Source: Alphaproteobacteria bacterium
GTDB taxonomy: Bacteria > Pseudomonadota > Alphaproteobacteria > SP197
Length of the DNA stretch: 64,000 bases
Direction of reading: 5' to 3'
NCBI GenBank assembly: GCA_965204785.1
Contig: OZ242015.1
Location: 2,263,032-2,327,031 of the forward strand
Both the position numbers and the translations under genes were made by a program. The notes under the pieces were generated by a model. That model was not told the DNA's origin. It did no database searches and saw nothing but the letters and a program-made list of their open reading frames with translations. Shown here in pieces: positions 46,953 to 57,081 of the stretch. Every line of letters starts with the position of its first letter. Positions within the stretch are counted from its first letter, which is position 1.

Positions 46953-47723
46953 ATGTTGGTTGTTGTGTCGCCGGCCAAGGCACTGAATTTCGATCCCGCG
47001 CCCGAAGACCTGCCCGCGACCCAACCCGCGCTGCTTTCCCAGACCCGCGAACTGATGAAAACTGCGCGCCATCTCTCGCGCACTGAAATCGCCGGCCTGA
47101 TGGACCTTTCCGACAAGCTCGCCGACCTCAACCACGAGCGGTTCCGCGCATTCCGCCTGAAACACAGCAACGACAACGCAAAGCAGGCTGCGCTGGCCTT
47201 TGCTGGCGACACCTATCGCGGGCTGGACGCCGCCAACCTGGAACGCGAGGATCTGCACTATGCCCAGGACCACCTGCGCATCCTGTCGGGCCTCTATGGC
47301 GTCCTGCGCCCGCTGGACCTGATCCAACCCTATCGCCTGGAAATGGGCACACGCCTTGCCACCGGACGCGGTGAGAACCTCTACGACTTCTGGGGAGAAC
47401 GCATTGCCCGTGCGCTTAACCGCGACCTGAAGGGCGAAAGAGCGCCCGTTCTGGTCAACGCGGCATCCCAGGAATACTTCGGCGCGGTCAAACAGAAGAA
47501 ACTGAAAGCCCGCGTCGTCACACCGGTCTTCAAGGAAGAACACGACGGTGTGGCGAAGATCATCAGTTTCTCGGCCAAGGTCGCGCGCGGCATGATCGCC
47601 CGTCATATCGTGCAGAATCGTCTGGACCGTCCCGAAGCCCTGAAGGACTTCGCCGAAGACGGCTACCGCTTCCGCGGCGATCTGTCGGACGACGACACCT
47701 ACGTTTTCGTGCGCAAGAACTGA
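46953..47723 (+). CDS. yaaA: Peroxide stress protein YaaA (DUF328/UPF0246)
   Basis: MLVVVSPAKALNFDP...LSGLYGVLRPLDLIQPYRLEM...VNAASQEYF. 256 aa. Confidence 0.88.
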   Translation: MLVVVSPAKALNFDPAPEDLPATQPALLSQTRELMKTARHLSRTEIAGLMDLSDKLADLNHERFRAFRLKHSNDNAKQAALAFAGDTYRGLDAANLEREDLHYAQDHLRILSGLYGVLRPLDLIQPYRLEMGTRLATGRGENLYDFWGERIARALNRDLKGERAPVLVNAASQEYFGAVKQKKLKARVVTPVFKEEHDGVAKIISFSAKVARGMIARHIVQNRLDRPEALKDFAEDGYRFRGDLSDDDTYVFVRKN

Positions 47724-48765
47724 TTCGGATTATTCCTAGCGATCTGCTGGATGTAGCCGACCGCGCCATAGGCAAAGGCATTGGGCCGGATGTCGTGCAC
47801 TTCGGCCTTTTGCGCGATCCTGCGAAGAAACTCGATCAGATGTTCATCGGTTTCATGGTGAAGCGCCTCGTCGCGCTTGATGTCGTAACCGCCCCATTTG
47901 AGATCGCGCAGCAGGACGAGCGATTGCGTCAGCGCGGTTCCGGTCTCCTTGTCGGAATGTTCGTCGCACAGGCCGTTGTCCGGGCCGATCATGATATGAA
48001 GATCGGCAAGCGAACCGAAGACATGACGTTTTTCCTCATCGATTCCATCCCACTGATGAAAGGCATCGAAGATTTTCAACTCGACCGGGGCTCCGCCCCG
48101 CCTGAGATCGTCGCAGATGATCCTTGTCCGCTCGACCGAGACGTTCTCGTCCTTCTCACCGATCATCATCAAAACCGGCGCACCGGTGGCAATGGGTCTT
48201 TGCAGGCGGGGTATGCTGCATCCGTAGTATGCGACATGATCGGAAAACCGCAGACCAGCATTCCCGAGGTAGGTTCGGCTGATCTGCTCATAGGCAGCAA
48301 GGGTTGTGACCATGTCACCCCACGAGAAACCCATGACCGAAATCACCTGCGGATTCACGGCGCTGTGTTCGGCGAGTGGCGGAGCACACCAAACACAGCG
48401 GCCATGACCGATCAGGTTGTGGCCTGTAGGGCCTTTCTCTCGTCGTCGGCATCGGCTAGGCCACACGAGCGGAAACTATCGATGGAAAGCGCGACCACGC
48501 CCGCCTTGGCGAGTTTGTGGCCGTAAGCCAGTTCCCACTCCGGCTTCTGACTGCCCAGTCCCTGAACGATCACCATCGCCGCACGGTTCTCTCGAGGACC
48601 TTGCGGAAGGAAAAGTTCGGCTTCGACCTCAACGGGTTCGCGATCCCATGCATCCTCGTTCACATCCCTCAGCTGAGCCGACTCAAAACTGGGATAGCGA
48701 ACCGTCTCAGGCACGGATAGTTCACCCTCGACTTCCACAATCTTCTTGCCGGTTTCCCCACCCAT
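47699..48765 (-). pseudogene. Dienelactone-hydrolase-like alpha/beta hydrolase, one frameshift near 48412-48466
   Basis: N-terminal part in ORF 48412..48882 from the ATG at 48765 (MGGETGKKIVEVEG...AAMVIVQGLGSQKPEWELAYGHKLAKAGVVALSIDSF). The remainder is in ORF 47699..48466 (...VISVMGFSWGD nucleophile elbow...VLMMIGEKDENV...). Confidence 0.6.
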
Positions 48766-50320
48766 CAGGCATCGTTCCTTCGTTGCTCGGTCATTTTGCG
48801 CAGGGCGTCGAGCATAGCAACGTCGCCAAGCACACGCGGCACCTTGTTTTGACCACCGAGCTTGCCGCGTTCCTTCATCCATGCAGCAAAGGTACCCGGC
48901 GGAGCGACAGCCAGTTCGGGTTCCATCATATGCATGCCGCCCTGCCGGTGATCGGCATAATCCGCATTGGTTCCCACCAAGTAGGAGTCCAGCAACTCGA
49001 CAAAATGCCGCAGCGCCGCGGCGGCGGGGACATCAGACATGAGCTCCACAACGTATAAGTGCCGGCCGCACGATTCGTTCCCTTCGGGATAAACGCGGCC
49101 AACGGAGAAATCGGCAACCTCTATGGCCGATATCCTAGGCCGCCCGCGTCACCGCCGACACGATCTCCTCTTCGATTAGATGCTCGCCGAAGGCCGAAAG
49201 CGACGAGGCCGTCTGGCCGGTGACCAAGATGCGGGGAGGATCAAGCGACACAAAACGCACCGTATCGCCGATGATGTAACCTCAGGCGCCCACGGGCATG
49301 TTCAGGACGAGCGCATAGTTCACGCCGGCTTGCACATTGCCCATCCAATGGCGCGGCGAGTTTTCGTAGTCCAGCGCATTGGCCAGGACGAGTTCGAAGA
49401 AGATGTCGCCATCGATCTGCAGGCGCAGTCCCTCGCCAACGCCGCGGTCCGTGACGGCGAGAAATCCTTCGCTTGCCGGATAGACATCGCGAAGGTCGAC
49501 GGCAGTATCGCCGAGCAGCGTCTCGAAGGCATTGCGGTAGGGAGCGAAGTTGACGCCGCCATAGACAATCAATTCGAGATTTGGATAGGCGTCGCGCAGG
49601 CCTCCTCCCGTCTGCGCCGCTGCGCTCTGAAGGAACAGCAGCAGCCAACTCGCGGTACCGCCAATCGTCCCGATGTCTTCCGCCCGGGAGAGCGGCAGGA
49701 GTTCCACCAGCTTGACGTCCCAATCGGCGATCTGGGCAAGGTGCGATGTGGCGACGACATCTTCTATTGTCCAATACCGCGGCTGTACGCCAAACAGCCG
49801 GAACTCGTTGGGCAGTTCTTCGTCTGCATCGATGACGGCATTGATTCCAGCTACGAAACCAGCCAGCCAGGCCCTGGTTTCCTCCGGCATGGACGAAACG
49901 ATCGCAGGCACCGCACGCGGAAAATCGACGATGCGCAGGGTATGGTCGACCGGCAGCACAGCCGGGCCGGCCACCGCGCTCAAGCGGCCATAGGCGATCA
50001 TGCGCATGATCTCGATCTGAGCGAGGTGCAGATGGGCGGGCACGGCGGCAACGGCGAGGTCGCGGTCGCTCTGCGCTTCGATGAACGGTATCTGGTGCTC
50101 GCTCCATGCGATGTGGCTTCGTGCTTGAGCGGCAGCCGGTCATGGGGAAACATCGAAAGACGCGCGGTGAGCGTGCGCTCGCGCAAGGGATGCACCAAGG
50201 CACCAACGGCCAGCCTGCCCGCCAGGGCCAAGAGCCCATGCAAACAGTGAAAGCGGTTCATGTCCAATCGTCTGGCATTGCAAAACAACGGCTGAAACGT
50301 GGCTTTTGTTCCCTCCATGG
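48765..50320 (-). pseudogene. Bacterial GH3-family (auxin-responsive-promoter-like acyl-adenylate enzyme) gene with several frameshifts and an in-frame TAG; 5' limit approximate
   Basis: Middle: ...LRDAYPNLELIVYGGVNFAPYRNAFETLLG...DVYPASEGFLAV...GDIFFELV...VNYALVLNMPVGA (49282..50043). Next frame: WGYIIGDTVRFVSLDPPRILVTGQTASSLSAFGEHLIEEEIVSAVTRAA*. C-terminus: FAAWMKERGKLGGQNKVPRVL (48765..49049). The stop overlaps the downstream ATG (TGATG). Confidence 0.65.
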
Positions 50321-50409
50321 AGCGCCTGGAGAGGCGGTGCGCGGAACTTTCGCCATGCTCGGGAATTGAGAGATGAGCAGCCCGGCATCGGAACGGACGA
50401 AAGAGCATC

Positions 50410-51020
50410 ATGGTCGAAAACTACGCGCACGCGGATCGGGAGGCATCATCACGGGAGCTTCCCGAGGGCTTTAAGCGCCGGTTGTTTGTGCAATTCCTGA
50501 CGGAAATCGGCCCGCTTCTCCTGTTTTCCTGACCTTCATATGGACAGACATTCTTTGGGCAACCGCTGTATACGCCATCGCCACGATGCTCGCCTTGTGT
50601 CTGACCTGGATCAGAAAACGCAAGCTGACGGTACTGCCCCTGGTTTTGACGGCTCTGGTGATGATCTTCGCAGGGCTGACGATCGCGCCCTGGACGAAGC
50701 GATGTTCATCAAGATCAAACCCACGGTCGTCAACGGTTGCTATGGCCTCGTGCTGATCGTCAGGTGGTTTGCCGGCTTCCGCCTGGTCGACAAGGTTCTG
50801 GGCAAGGATGCCTTGCTGGACGAAGAAGGCTTGCGGAAACTGACCTTGCGCACGGGTTTCTATCTTCTGGGGCCGGCACTGAAGAACGCAGTGGTCTGGC
50901 GCACTTTACCAACCGATTCCTAGGTGCTGTTCAAAGTCTTCGTCATCGTCGCCTGCAACATCGTCTTTGCGTGGATCAACCTACCGCTGATCAGAAATCA
51001 TCTGCAACACAAAGCACCCT
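50410..51020 (+). pseudogene. yciB: Intracellular septation protein A (YciB/IspZ) gene with at least 2 frameshifts and an in-frame TAG; 3' end uncertain
   Basis: MVENYAHADREASSRELPEGFKRRLFVQFLTEIGPLLLF / FLTFIWTDILWATAVYAIATMLALCLTWIRKRKLTVLPLVLTALVMIFAGLTIA / MFIKIKPTVVNGCYGLVLIV...DEEGLRKLTLRTGFYLLGPALKNAVVWRTLPTDS*VLFKVFVIVACNIVFAWINLPLIRNHL. The FIKIKPT and W-x-FKVF landmarks of YciB are present. The TAG sits where Trp is expected. Confidence 0.7.
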
Positions 51021-51047
51021 CCCGACGCAGGTTCAACTCAGGTCAGT

Positions 51048-51914
51048 TCAGCGCGCCATCAAGCCATCCGCCCAGTCCAGGAGTCCGGGCCAAATCTCGT
51101 CCCAGCAGCACACGTGCGCTTGGCCCGGAACGACGACCACATGGCTTCGGGAAGGATCGTCCATACGCGCAAGGTAAGCCTCAAGATCGTCGCGTGTGAC
51201 ATTGGTGTCCTCGGTCCCGACAAAGTGCACTTGGGGAATATGGTCGATGGTCCCGGCCACATCAGCGGCATTCAGCGAATCCCGCAAGGGCGTCACACCA
51301 TGACGCGCCGTCCAGACCGCGTGATCGAGATTGCCGGTCACCGTGATCAGATTGGCCACATCGTCGCGGCGGGCGGCCACAAGAGCGGCCAGCACACCAC
51401 CTCCGGAAACCCCGACAAGCCGCAGACCGCTTGCCCCGGCATCGGTCTTGAGGCGATCGAGAGCACGGTCCAATGAAACCACAACCTCTTCGCTGTAGCG
51501 CGCCAAGGACCAGTAGTCAGACGGGCAGTTCCGCAAGGCATTCGCGGGCAGATAGAAGCATGGACGCGCGAGATAGGCGACATTGGCTGCGTCGTCCCGG
51601 ACCGCCATGCGCAACACGCGATCGACACGCGGTGTCGGATCCCCCGAGAGTTCCGTCGGCGAAATCCAGGCAAGACCGTCGCCTTCGAGATAGACCGTCA
51701 GCATGGGCGCGCCGGGTTTTGAGAAGCGGCGGTAGCTCAAAAGCGCGAACGCGCCGGCATCGACCCAAGCCGGCTCCCAGCCATGGTCCCGCGCCGTCGC
51801 ATCGGGGATGGCCTGCCAGACGGAAAGCCCGGGAACCTTTCCGCCGGCCCAGTATCCGGCCAGCAGGCTTCCGGTCACCAGGAGAAAGAACGCCATGGCG
51901 GCCAAGCGGTTCAT
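51048..51914 (-). CDS. Membrane-anchored or secreted alpha/beta-hydrolase-like protein, last gene of the hydantoin operon
   Basis: MNRLAAMAFFLLVTGSLLAGYWA N-terminal anchor. ...LRLVGVSGGGVLAA nucleophile-elbow-like G-x-S-x-G. Its ATG overlaps the upstream stop (ATGA). Confidence 0.6.
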   Translation of the reverse strand: MNRLAAMAFFLLVTGSLLAGYWAGGKVPGLSVWQAIPDATARDHGWEPAWVDAGAFALLSYRRFSKPGAPMLTVYLEGDGLAWISPTELSGDPTPRVDRVLRMAVRDDAANVAYLARPCFYLPANALRNCPSDYWSLARYSEEVVVSLDRALDRLKTDAGASGLRLVGVSGGGVLAALVAARRDDVANLITVTGNLDHAVWTARHGVTPLRDSLNAADVAGTIDHIPQVHFVGTEDTNVTRDDLEAYLARMDDPSRSHVVVVPGQAHVCCWDEIWPGLLDWADGLMAR

Positions 51915-52843
51915 GTTCCCCGCGGCGGGACCGTGCCGGCGGTTTCAACGATGAGGTTGTAGTGTTCGGGCCGACGGTGCGCTTCGAAATTGAAGATATT
52001 GGCCTTGATGTAGGCGCCGGCATCGAGATCGCAGTCGGCCACAATCAATTCGTCTTCCAGCGTGCTCGCCAACGCGGCAACCTCCCCATTGGGCGTGCAG
52101 ATCGCACTGGAGCCCATCATGTGCACGCTGTCCTCGTGTCCCGCCTTGGCCACGCCCACGACCCAGGTGCCGTTCTGATAGGCGCCGGCCTGCATGGTGA
52201 GGAGATTGTGGTGGATGCGCAGATGCGGCGGCTCGAAAGTCTGGCCGTTGAGCGTGGGCGTGTTGTAGCCGATGACGACGAGTTCAACGCTCTGCAGGCC
52301 CAGCACGCGGAAGGCTTCGGGCCAACGCCGGTCATTGCAGATCAGCATGCCGAGCTTGCCGCCCATGGTCTCCCATACGGGAAAGCCCAGGTTGCCGACT
52401 TCGAAATAGCGCTTCTCGAGGTGCTGAAACTCACGCTCGGGATCGAATTGGGCGTGACCGGGCAAATGAATCTTACGGTACTTGGCAACAATCTCGCCGG
52501 ACTTGTCGACCAGGATGGCGGTGTTGAAGCGGTGCTCGCCATCGACCTCCGCATAACCCAGATGAAAGCCGATCCCCAGATCGCACGCGGCATCGAACAG
52601 GGGCTGTGTATCGGGGCCCGGCATCGAAAATTCGTAATAGCTGTCGAGTTCCTTCTGGTCCTCGATCAGCCAGCGGGGAAAGAACGTGGTGAGTGCGAGT
52701 TCGGGAAAGACCACCAGGTCACAGCCACGCCCGGCGGCCTGGCGCATGAGATCGACCATACGGGCAACGGCCGAAGCCTTGGAATCGGCGCGCTGGACCG
52801 GACCCATCTGGGCCCCGGCCACGGTCAGAACGCGTTTCGCCAT
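51911..52843 (-). CDS. N-carbamoyl-D-amino-acid hydrolase-like carbon-nitrogen hydrolase (nitrilase superfamily)
   Basis: ATG at 52843 after AGGAAG. Catalytic E-K-C landmarks VVFPELALTTFF, YRKIHLPG, MLICNDRRWPE. 310 aa. Confidence 0.85.
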   Translation of the reverse strand: MAKRVLTVAGAQMGPVQRADSKASAVARMVDLMRQAAGRGCDLVVFPELALTTFFPRWLIEDQKELDSYYEFSMPGPDTQPLFDAACDLGIGFHLGYAEVDGEHRFNTAILVDKSGEIVAKYRKIHLPGHAQFDPEREFQHLEKRYFEVGNLGFPVWETMGGKLGMLICNDRRWPEAFRVLGLQSVELVVIGYNTPTLNGQTFEPPHLRIHHNLLTMQAGAYQNGTWVVGVAKAGHEDSVHMMGSSAICTPNGEVAALASTLEDELIVADCDLDAGAYIKANIFNFEAHRRPEHYNLIVETAGTVPPRGT

Positions 52844-52857
52844 GGCGATCTTCCTTC

Positions 52858-53520
52858 CTAGTTTCGGGCGGCCTGGATCGTGTTGAGCGCCATCGCCGTG
52901 GCGGCCTGGGTGGGTTCGATCACGGGGATGCCGACGCGCTGTTCCAGCAGGCGCCGGTACTGCGCCATGCCGGCACAGCCCATGACGAGGACATCCGCAC
53001 CATGATCCTTCTTCAGGCGGCTGCCCACCGCGGTCATTCGGTCGAGCACCTTGTCGGCCTGGCCAAGTTCCGTCACACCCATGTCGATCGCGAGATCGGC
53101 AGCGAGTTTGTCGAGCAGGCCCAGCGAGCCGATGTGACGGCGGTGGCGCGGCAGGGAACGCGACAAAATAGAAATCACGCCGAAGCGCTCGCCGATCGCC
53201 GTAGCCGCGGCGTAACCGCATTGGGCAATGCCGAAAACCGGCGCGCGGCTGGCTTCGCGTGCCGCGTGAAGGCCGGGATCGCTGAAACAGGCGATGACGA
53301 AGGCCGAAGTCCGGTTATGTTCCTTTTCGACTGTCGCGATGATCGACCCGACAACCTGGGCGATATGCCGGTCGGTTTCGACACCGGGAGGGCCCTCCTC
53401 CAGGGTCACACAATCGATTTCCGGCCCGTTGTCGAAGCGCAGGCCATCGAGCGCCTTCGACATGCGTGCGGTGACATCCCGACTGCTGTTGGGGTTGATG
53501 ACGAGGATACGGCAGGTCAT
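52858..53520 (-). CDS. Asp/Glu/hydantoin racemase family protein (hydantoin racemase-like)
   Basis: MTCRILVINPNSS...VIACFSDPGL...VLVMGCAGMA (two Cys-containing motifs). 220 aa. Confidence 0.8.
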   Translation of the reverse strand: MTCRILVINPNSSRDVTARMSKALDGLRFDNGPEIDCVTLEEGPPGVETDRHIAQVVGSIIATVEKEHNRTSAFVIACFSDPGLHAAREASRAPVFGIAQCGYAAATAIGERFGVISILSRSLPRHRRHIGSLGLLDKLAADLAIDMGVTELGQADKVLDRMTAVGSRLKKDHGADVLVMGCAGMAQYRRLLEQRVGIPVIEPTQAATAMALNTIQAARN

Positions 53521-53524
53521 GGCG

Positions 53525-54868
53525 TCAAACGGGCCGCACGAAGCAGCCGTCACCCGGAGCGGTCAGCACTTCGCCACCGAAAAACGCTTCCCTGCCTCGC
53601 AGCCAGACCTTCATGACCTTTCCCGTCATCTCCATGCCGTCATAGGGACTCCAAGGCGCCAGATTGCAGTGCAATGTAGCATCGTCATGGCGGTAGGGCT
53701 CGCGCCCCACGACGACGAGATCGGCATCAGCCCCGACCTGGATGGCGCCTTTTTTGGGCCAGAGCCCGAAGTGGCGAGCAGGCGCTTCGCACAGCATGTC
53801 GGCCACCATGGTCGGCGAATGACCGCGCTCGGCAACCACCGTCAGCATGGCGGACAGCAGGCATTCCACGCCCGGGGCACCCGGAGCGGCCTGGAAGATG
53901 TTGTCGTCGGTTTTTCGTTCCAGCGGCCAGGAGCAGTGATCCGACGAGACGAAGGTCACGTCACCGCCAACAAGACGTTCCCAGATGGCATCCTTCTGGT
54001 CTGGCCGGATGGGAGGATTGACCTTCCCGCGCGCGCCGCGCTCAAGCACATCGGCCTCGTCGAAGACCAGATAGTGAATGCAGGTCTCGCAGGTCGCCTG
54101 GAAGCCCTGCTCGCGGTAATTGCGCGCCATGTCGAAGCCGCGCGCCAGGGAGGAATGCACGATATGCGCGCGTGCGCCGGTCTGCGCACCCATCTCCAAA
54201 ATAGCCGCGTTGGCCAATAGTTCGGCCAGCGGCGGCCGGCTGGGATGATGCACGTTGGCGCCCATCTGCTTGGCTTTCTTGAAGCGCGCGATGGCGTCGT
54301 CGACCACTTCCTGGTCTTCGTTGTGCACGGCGACCGTCAAGCCGGTCTCGGCAATGGCGGAAAAAGCGCGCGCCATCTCGTGATGGGGAATGCGCGGAAA
54401 CCGGTGCGGGTTGGCCTCATAGGTCGACATCTTGAAAGCGCATACCCCGCCGTCGGCAAGAGCGGCGATCTGATCGACCTCCACCGTCTTCTTCACCGAG
54501 CCGTAGAGCGCCACATCGCAATGCGCGACCGCGTCGGCGGTCTCGATCTTGGCGCCGAGCAGATCGCGGCTCCATACCGGATCGGGCTCATCGAACGGCA
54601 TATCGACAATGGTCGTCACGCCCCCGGCGATGGCACTGCGCGAGAGGTCTTCGAGTCCCTTGAAGCCCGCGATGGAACCGGCGTGGGTCTGGCCGTCGAC
54701 GACGCCGGGAAAGATCAGGTTGCCCGTGGCGTCTTCCGTCTTGCGCGCCTCCGGCGTCTCGCCCTGGCCAACCGTCGCGACCTTGCCATCCTCGATGGCG
54801 ACCCAACCATTCTCCGCCACCTTTTCGGACAGGACCAGATCACCTTTGAGCACCAGATCGAACGCCAT
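53525..54868 (-). CDS. Cyclic amidohydrolase (D-hydantoinase/dihydropyrimidinase/allantoinase family)
   Basis: PGVVDGQTHAG (position of the HxH motif, first His is Gln), GVCAFKMSTY (carboxylated Lys), VAVHNED, HIVHSS, VSSDHCSW. 447 aa. Confidence 0.85.
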   Translation of the reverse strand: MAFDLVLKGDLVLSEKVAENGWVAIEDGKVATVGQGETPEARKTEDATGNLIFPGVVDGQTHAGSIAGFKGLEDLSRSAIAGGVTTIVDMPFDEPDPVWSRDLLGAKIETADAVAHCDVALYGSVKKTVEVDQIAALADGGVCAFKMSTYEANPHRFPRIPHHEMARAFSAIAETGLTVAVHNEDQEVVDDAIARFKKAKQMGANVHHPSRPPLAELLANAAILEMGAQTGARAHIVHSSLARGFDMARNYREQGFQATCETCIHYLVFDEADVLERGARGKVNPPIRPDQKDAIWERLVGGDVTFVSSDHCSWPLERKTDDNIFQAAPGAPGVECLLSAMLTVVAERGHSPTMVADMLCEAPARHFGLWPKKGAIQVGADADLVVVGREPYRHDDATLHCNLAPWSPYDGMEMTGKVMKVWLRGREAFFGGEVLTAPGDGCFVRPV

Positions 54869-55037
54869 GGCTATTGTATACCTCCTTCAATTGGGTTCTG
54901 TTCTATCGCGTAACCGCGCCGATGACCAAGCCGGACTCCCTGCCAAACTTTCGTAGTCACGGAACCATAAGAGCTCCGGCGCGTTGACTTCACAAGCGAG
55001 CGCGGCTGGCCCGTCCATCGGCCCTGCTACCCAATTC

Positions 55038-55569
55038 ATGCGTAGAATTCTGATCGCAACCGTTTCCGTGGTTGCACTTTCCCTTGGTTCCGCCGTTGCG
55101 GACGACGATGCTCTCGTCATCGAGGAGGGCGGCGCAGCCGAAGCTACAATCGATGCATCCGACGCAGATGTCACCATCGACAATGCGTTCGGGGTCGGGA
55201 ACTATGACGCTAGGGAAATTCTCGACGCTGATATCGTCAGCCTTGATGGCAGGGCCATCGCCCAGCCCATCGATTTGCTGGTCGACAGCGACGAAAACAT
55301 CGCCTTTGTCGTCACCTACTACCCAGGATCAGTTGATTGCCACCTCCACCGACACGCTTCGGGCTTACCGCAGTGGCGGCACACTGATGCTCGAGTCTGA
55401 TCGTGCCCGTGAGGAACTTGTGGAAGCAGGACCGTTCGATGCGTTACGCTTCGACTATCGTCTCTATTCTGAACAACATGGTCGGTCTGAGCGAGGCCGA
55501 GACCGAAACCACGGGCGACTGAACAAGAACATGCGATCGCAGGTGTGTGGTGAAGGCTGCTGGGCCTAA
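55038..55569 (+). pseudogene. Secreted PRC-barrel-like protein, apparently frameshifted around 55325 (and possibly again near 55470)
   Basis: MRRILIATVSVVALSLGSAVA signal peptide. ...AREILDADIVSLDGRAIAQPIDLLVDSDENIAFVVTYYP, then the next frame reads DQLIATSTDTLRAYRSGGTLMLESDRAREELVEAGPFD. The family call is tentative. Confidence 0.4.
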
Positions 55570-55584
55570 CCGTTCGGCATCCCT

Positions 55585-57078
55585 TCATTTCATGACACTG
55601 GCGACATGGTAGGGTCGCGCTGAAAAGCAGATGCAGTGATCTGCGACGTGGGGTTCCAGTGCCTTGACGAGGTCGCGGCGGTCTGCTGTCTCACGGTTGA
55701 GACGCTCCATCGCACGCTCCACGTCGGCGATGACCGCATTGATATCGATGGTCAGGAACCGGCGATTCTCATAGACGAACCGTCCGTCGATCATGACATG
55801 GTCGACCGATGCACCATCATCGGCGTAGACAAGCTGGTTGAACGGATCGTTGAGCGGCACGTAGGCCAGATCGCGCAAGTCCAGGAATGTGAGATCGGCC
55901 TTGTAGCCGGGCGCGACGTGGCCGATCAGCCGCTCGAACCCCATCGCACGCGCGCCGCCCGCGGTTGCCATTTGCAGAGCTTCGGCCGACGACACCCAGG
56001 CGCGAAGGTCGTGAGTCAGAACCCGCGAGACATAGGTCGCCAGCCGCACAGCCTCGAACATGTTCTGGTTGTCCGAGGAATTGGAGCCGTCCGATCCCAG
56101 ACCAACATTGACGCCCGCCGTGTAAAGTTCCCGCACATGCGCGAGGCCTGAGCCAAGACGCATGTTGCTGGCTGGATTGTGCGCGACCGAGGCGCCACGA
56201 TCCGCCATGCGCCGCATGTCATCGGGGTCGAGCCAGACGCCGTGGCCCGCCGTGAACCGTTCGTTGAGAAGACCGAGATCCTCAAAATGGGCGGTCAGCG
56301 TCTTGCCGTAGGTTTCCTGTCCCACCAGCGCCTGGAGCTTTGATTCCGCCATGTGGGTCTGCACTTGGCACTGGAATTCGTCCGAGAGGCTTCGGCACGC
56401 AGTCAGAAACGCGTCGGTGCAGTGCATTGGGATCGTGGGCGCAATCCCAAAACGCAGGCGGTCCGTTTCGAAGGGCCAGGTCGCCAGCACCTCCCGGCAG
56501 GCCTCGATCGACGCGCCGAAAGGATCGAGCCGCCACTGTTCCACCGTCTTGCGCAGATCCGCCGGCAGGGCATCGGCCAGGCCGGGAACAATGTCGTAGA
56601 AGGAGAGATCCGCCATCATCGGCGTAATGAGTGCGCGCATGCCGATGGTGTCGTACGCGCGCGCGACTTGATGCATGCCCTCGACGCTGGGCCGGGGCTG
56701 CTCCCAGGTAAGGTCATAGACCGCCGTGCAGCCGCGCCGGATCATGTCGGCGGCGTTCAGCAGGGTCGCCAGATACTTGTCCTCGTGCGCACGCTTCGCG
56801 CCGATCCAGGGCCCGGCATTGAGCAGCAGTTCCAGCGACCAGAGATCGCCCCTGCCCTTGCCGAAGCTGCCGTGGCCATGGGTATGCGCGTTGACCAGAC
56901 CGGGGATGACGATTTGGCCGGAGACATCCCGCTCCCAGGCAACCTCGGGAGCCGGCATGTCGCAAGGTCCGCACGCGCGAATAACCCCGCCGTCGATCAG
57001 GATGTCTCCGCGTTCGGCCGTGCGGGCTTGCGCATCCAGGATGAGGCCGCCACGCAGGACGAGGGGACGCGAGGCCAT
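55585..57078 (-). CDS. Amidohydrolase-superfamily deaminase/chlorohydrolase-like enzyme
   Basis: IPGLVNAHTHGHGS (HxH), ...HMAES..., ...VAHNPASN..., GLGSDGSNSSD. 497 aa. Confidence 0.8.
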   Translation of the reverse strand: MASRPLVLRGGLILDAQARTAERGDILIDGGVIRACGPCDMPAPEVAWERDVSGQIVIPGLVNAHTHGHGSFGKGRGDLWSLELLLNAGPWIGAKRAHEDKYLATLLNAADMIRRGCTAVYDLTWEQPRPSVEGMHQVARAYDTIGMRALITPMMADLSFYDIVPGLADALPADLRKTVEQWRLDPFGASIEACREVLATWPFETDRLRFGIAPTIPMHCTDAFLTACRSLSDEFQCQVQTHMAESKLQALVGQETYGKTLTAHFEDLGLLNERFTAGHGVWLDPDDMRRMADRGASVAHNPASNMRLGSGLAHVRELYTAGVNVGLGSDGSNSSDNQNMFEAVRLATYVSRVLTHDLRAWVSSAEALQMATAGGARAMGFERLIGHVAPGYKADLTFLDLRDLAYVPLNDPFNQLVYADDGASVDHVMIDGRFVYENRRFLTIDINAVIADVERAMERLNRETADRRDLVKALEPHVADHCICFSARPYHVASVMK

Positions 57079-57081
57079 GGC

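Noticed and set aside
46016-47606. Minus-strand ORFs of 398 aa and 255 aa
   Set aside because: They are antisense to the crotonase and yaaA genes, both of which have strong family signatures on the plus strand.
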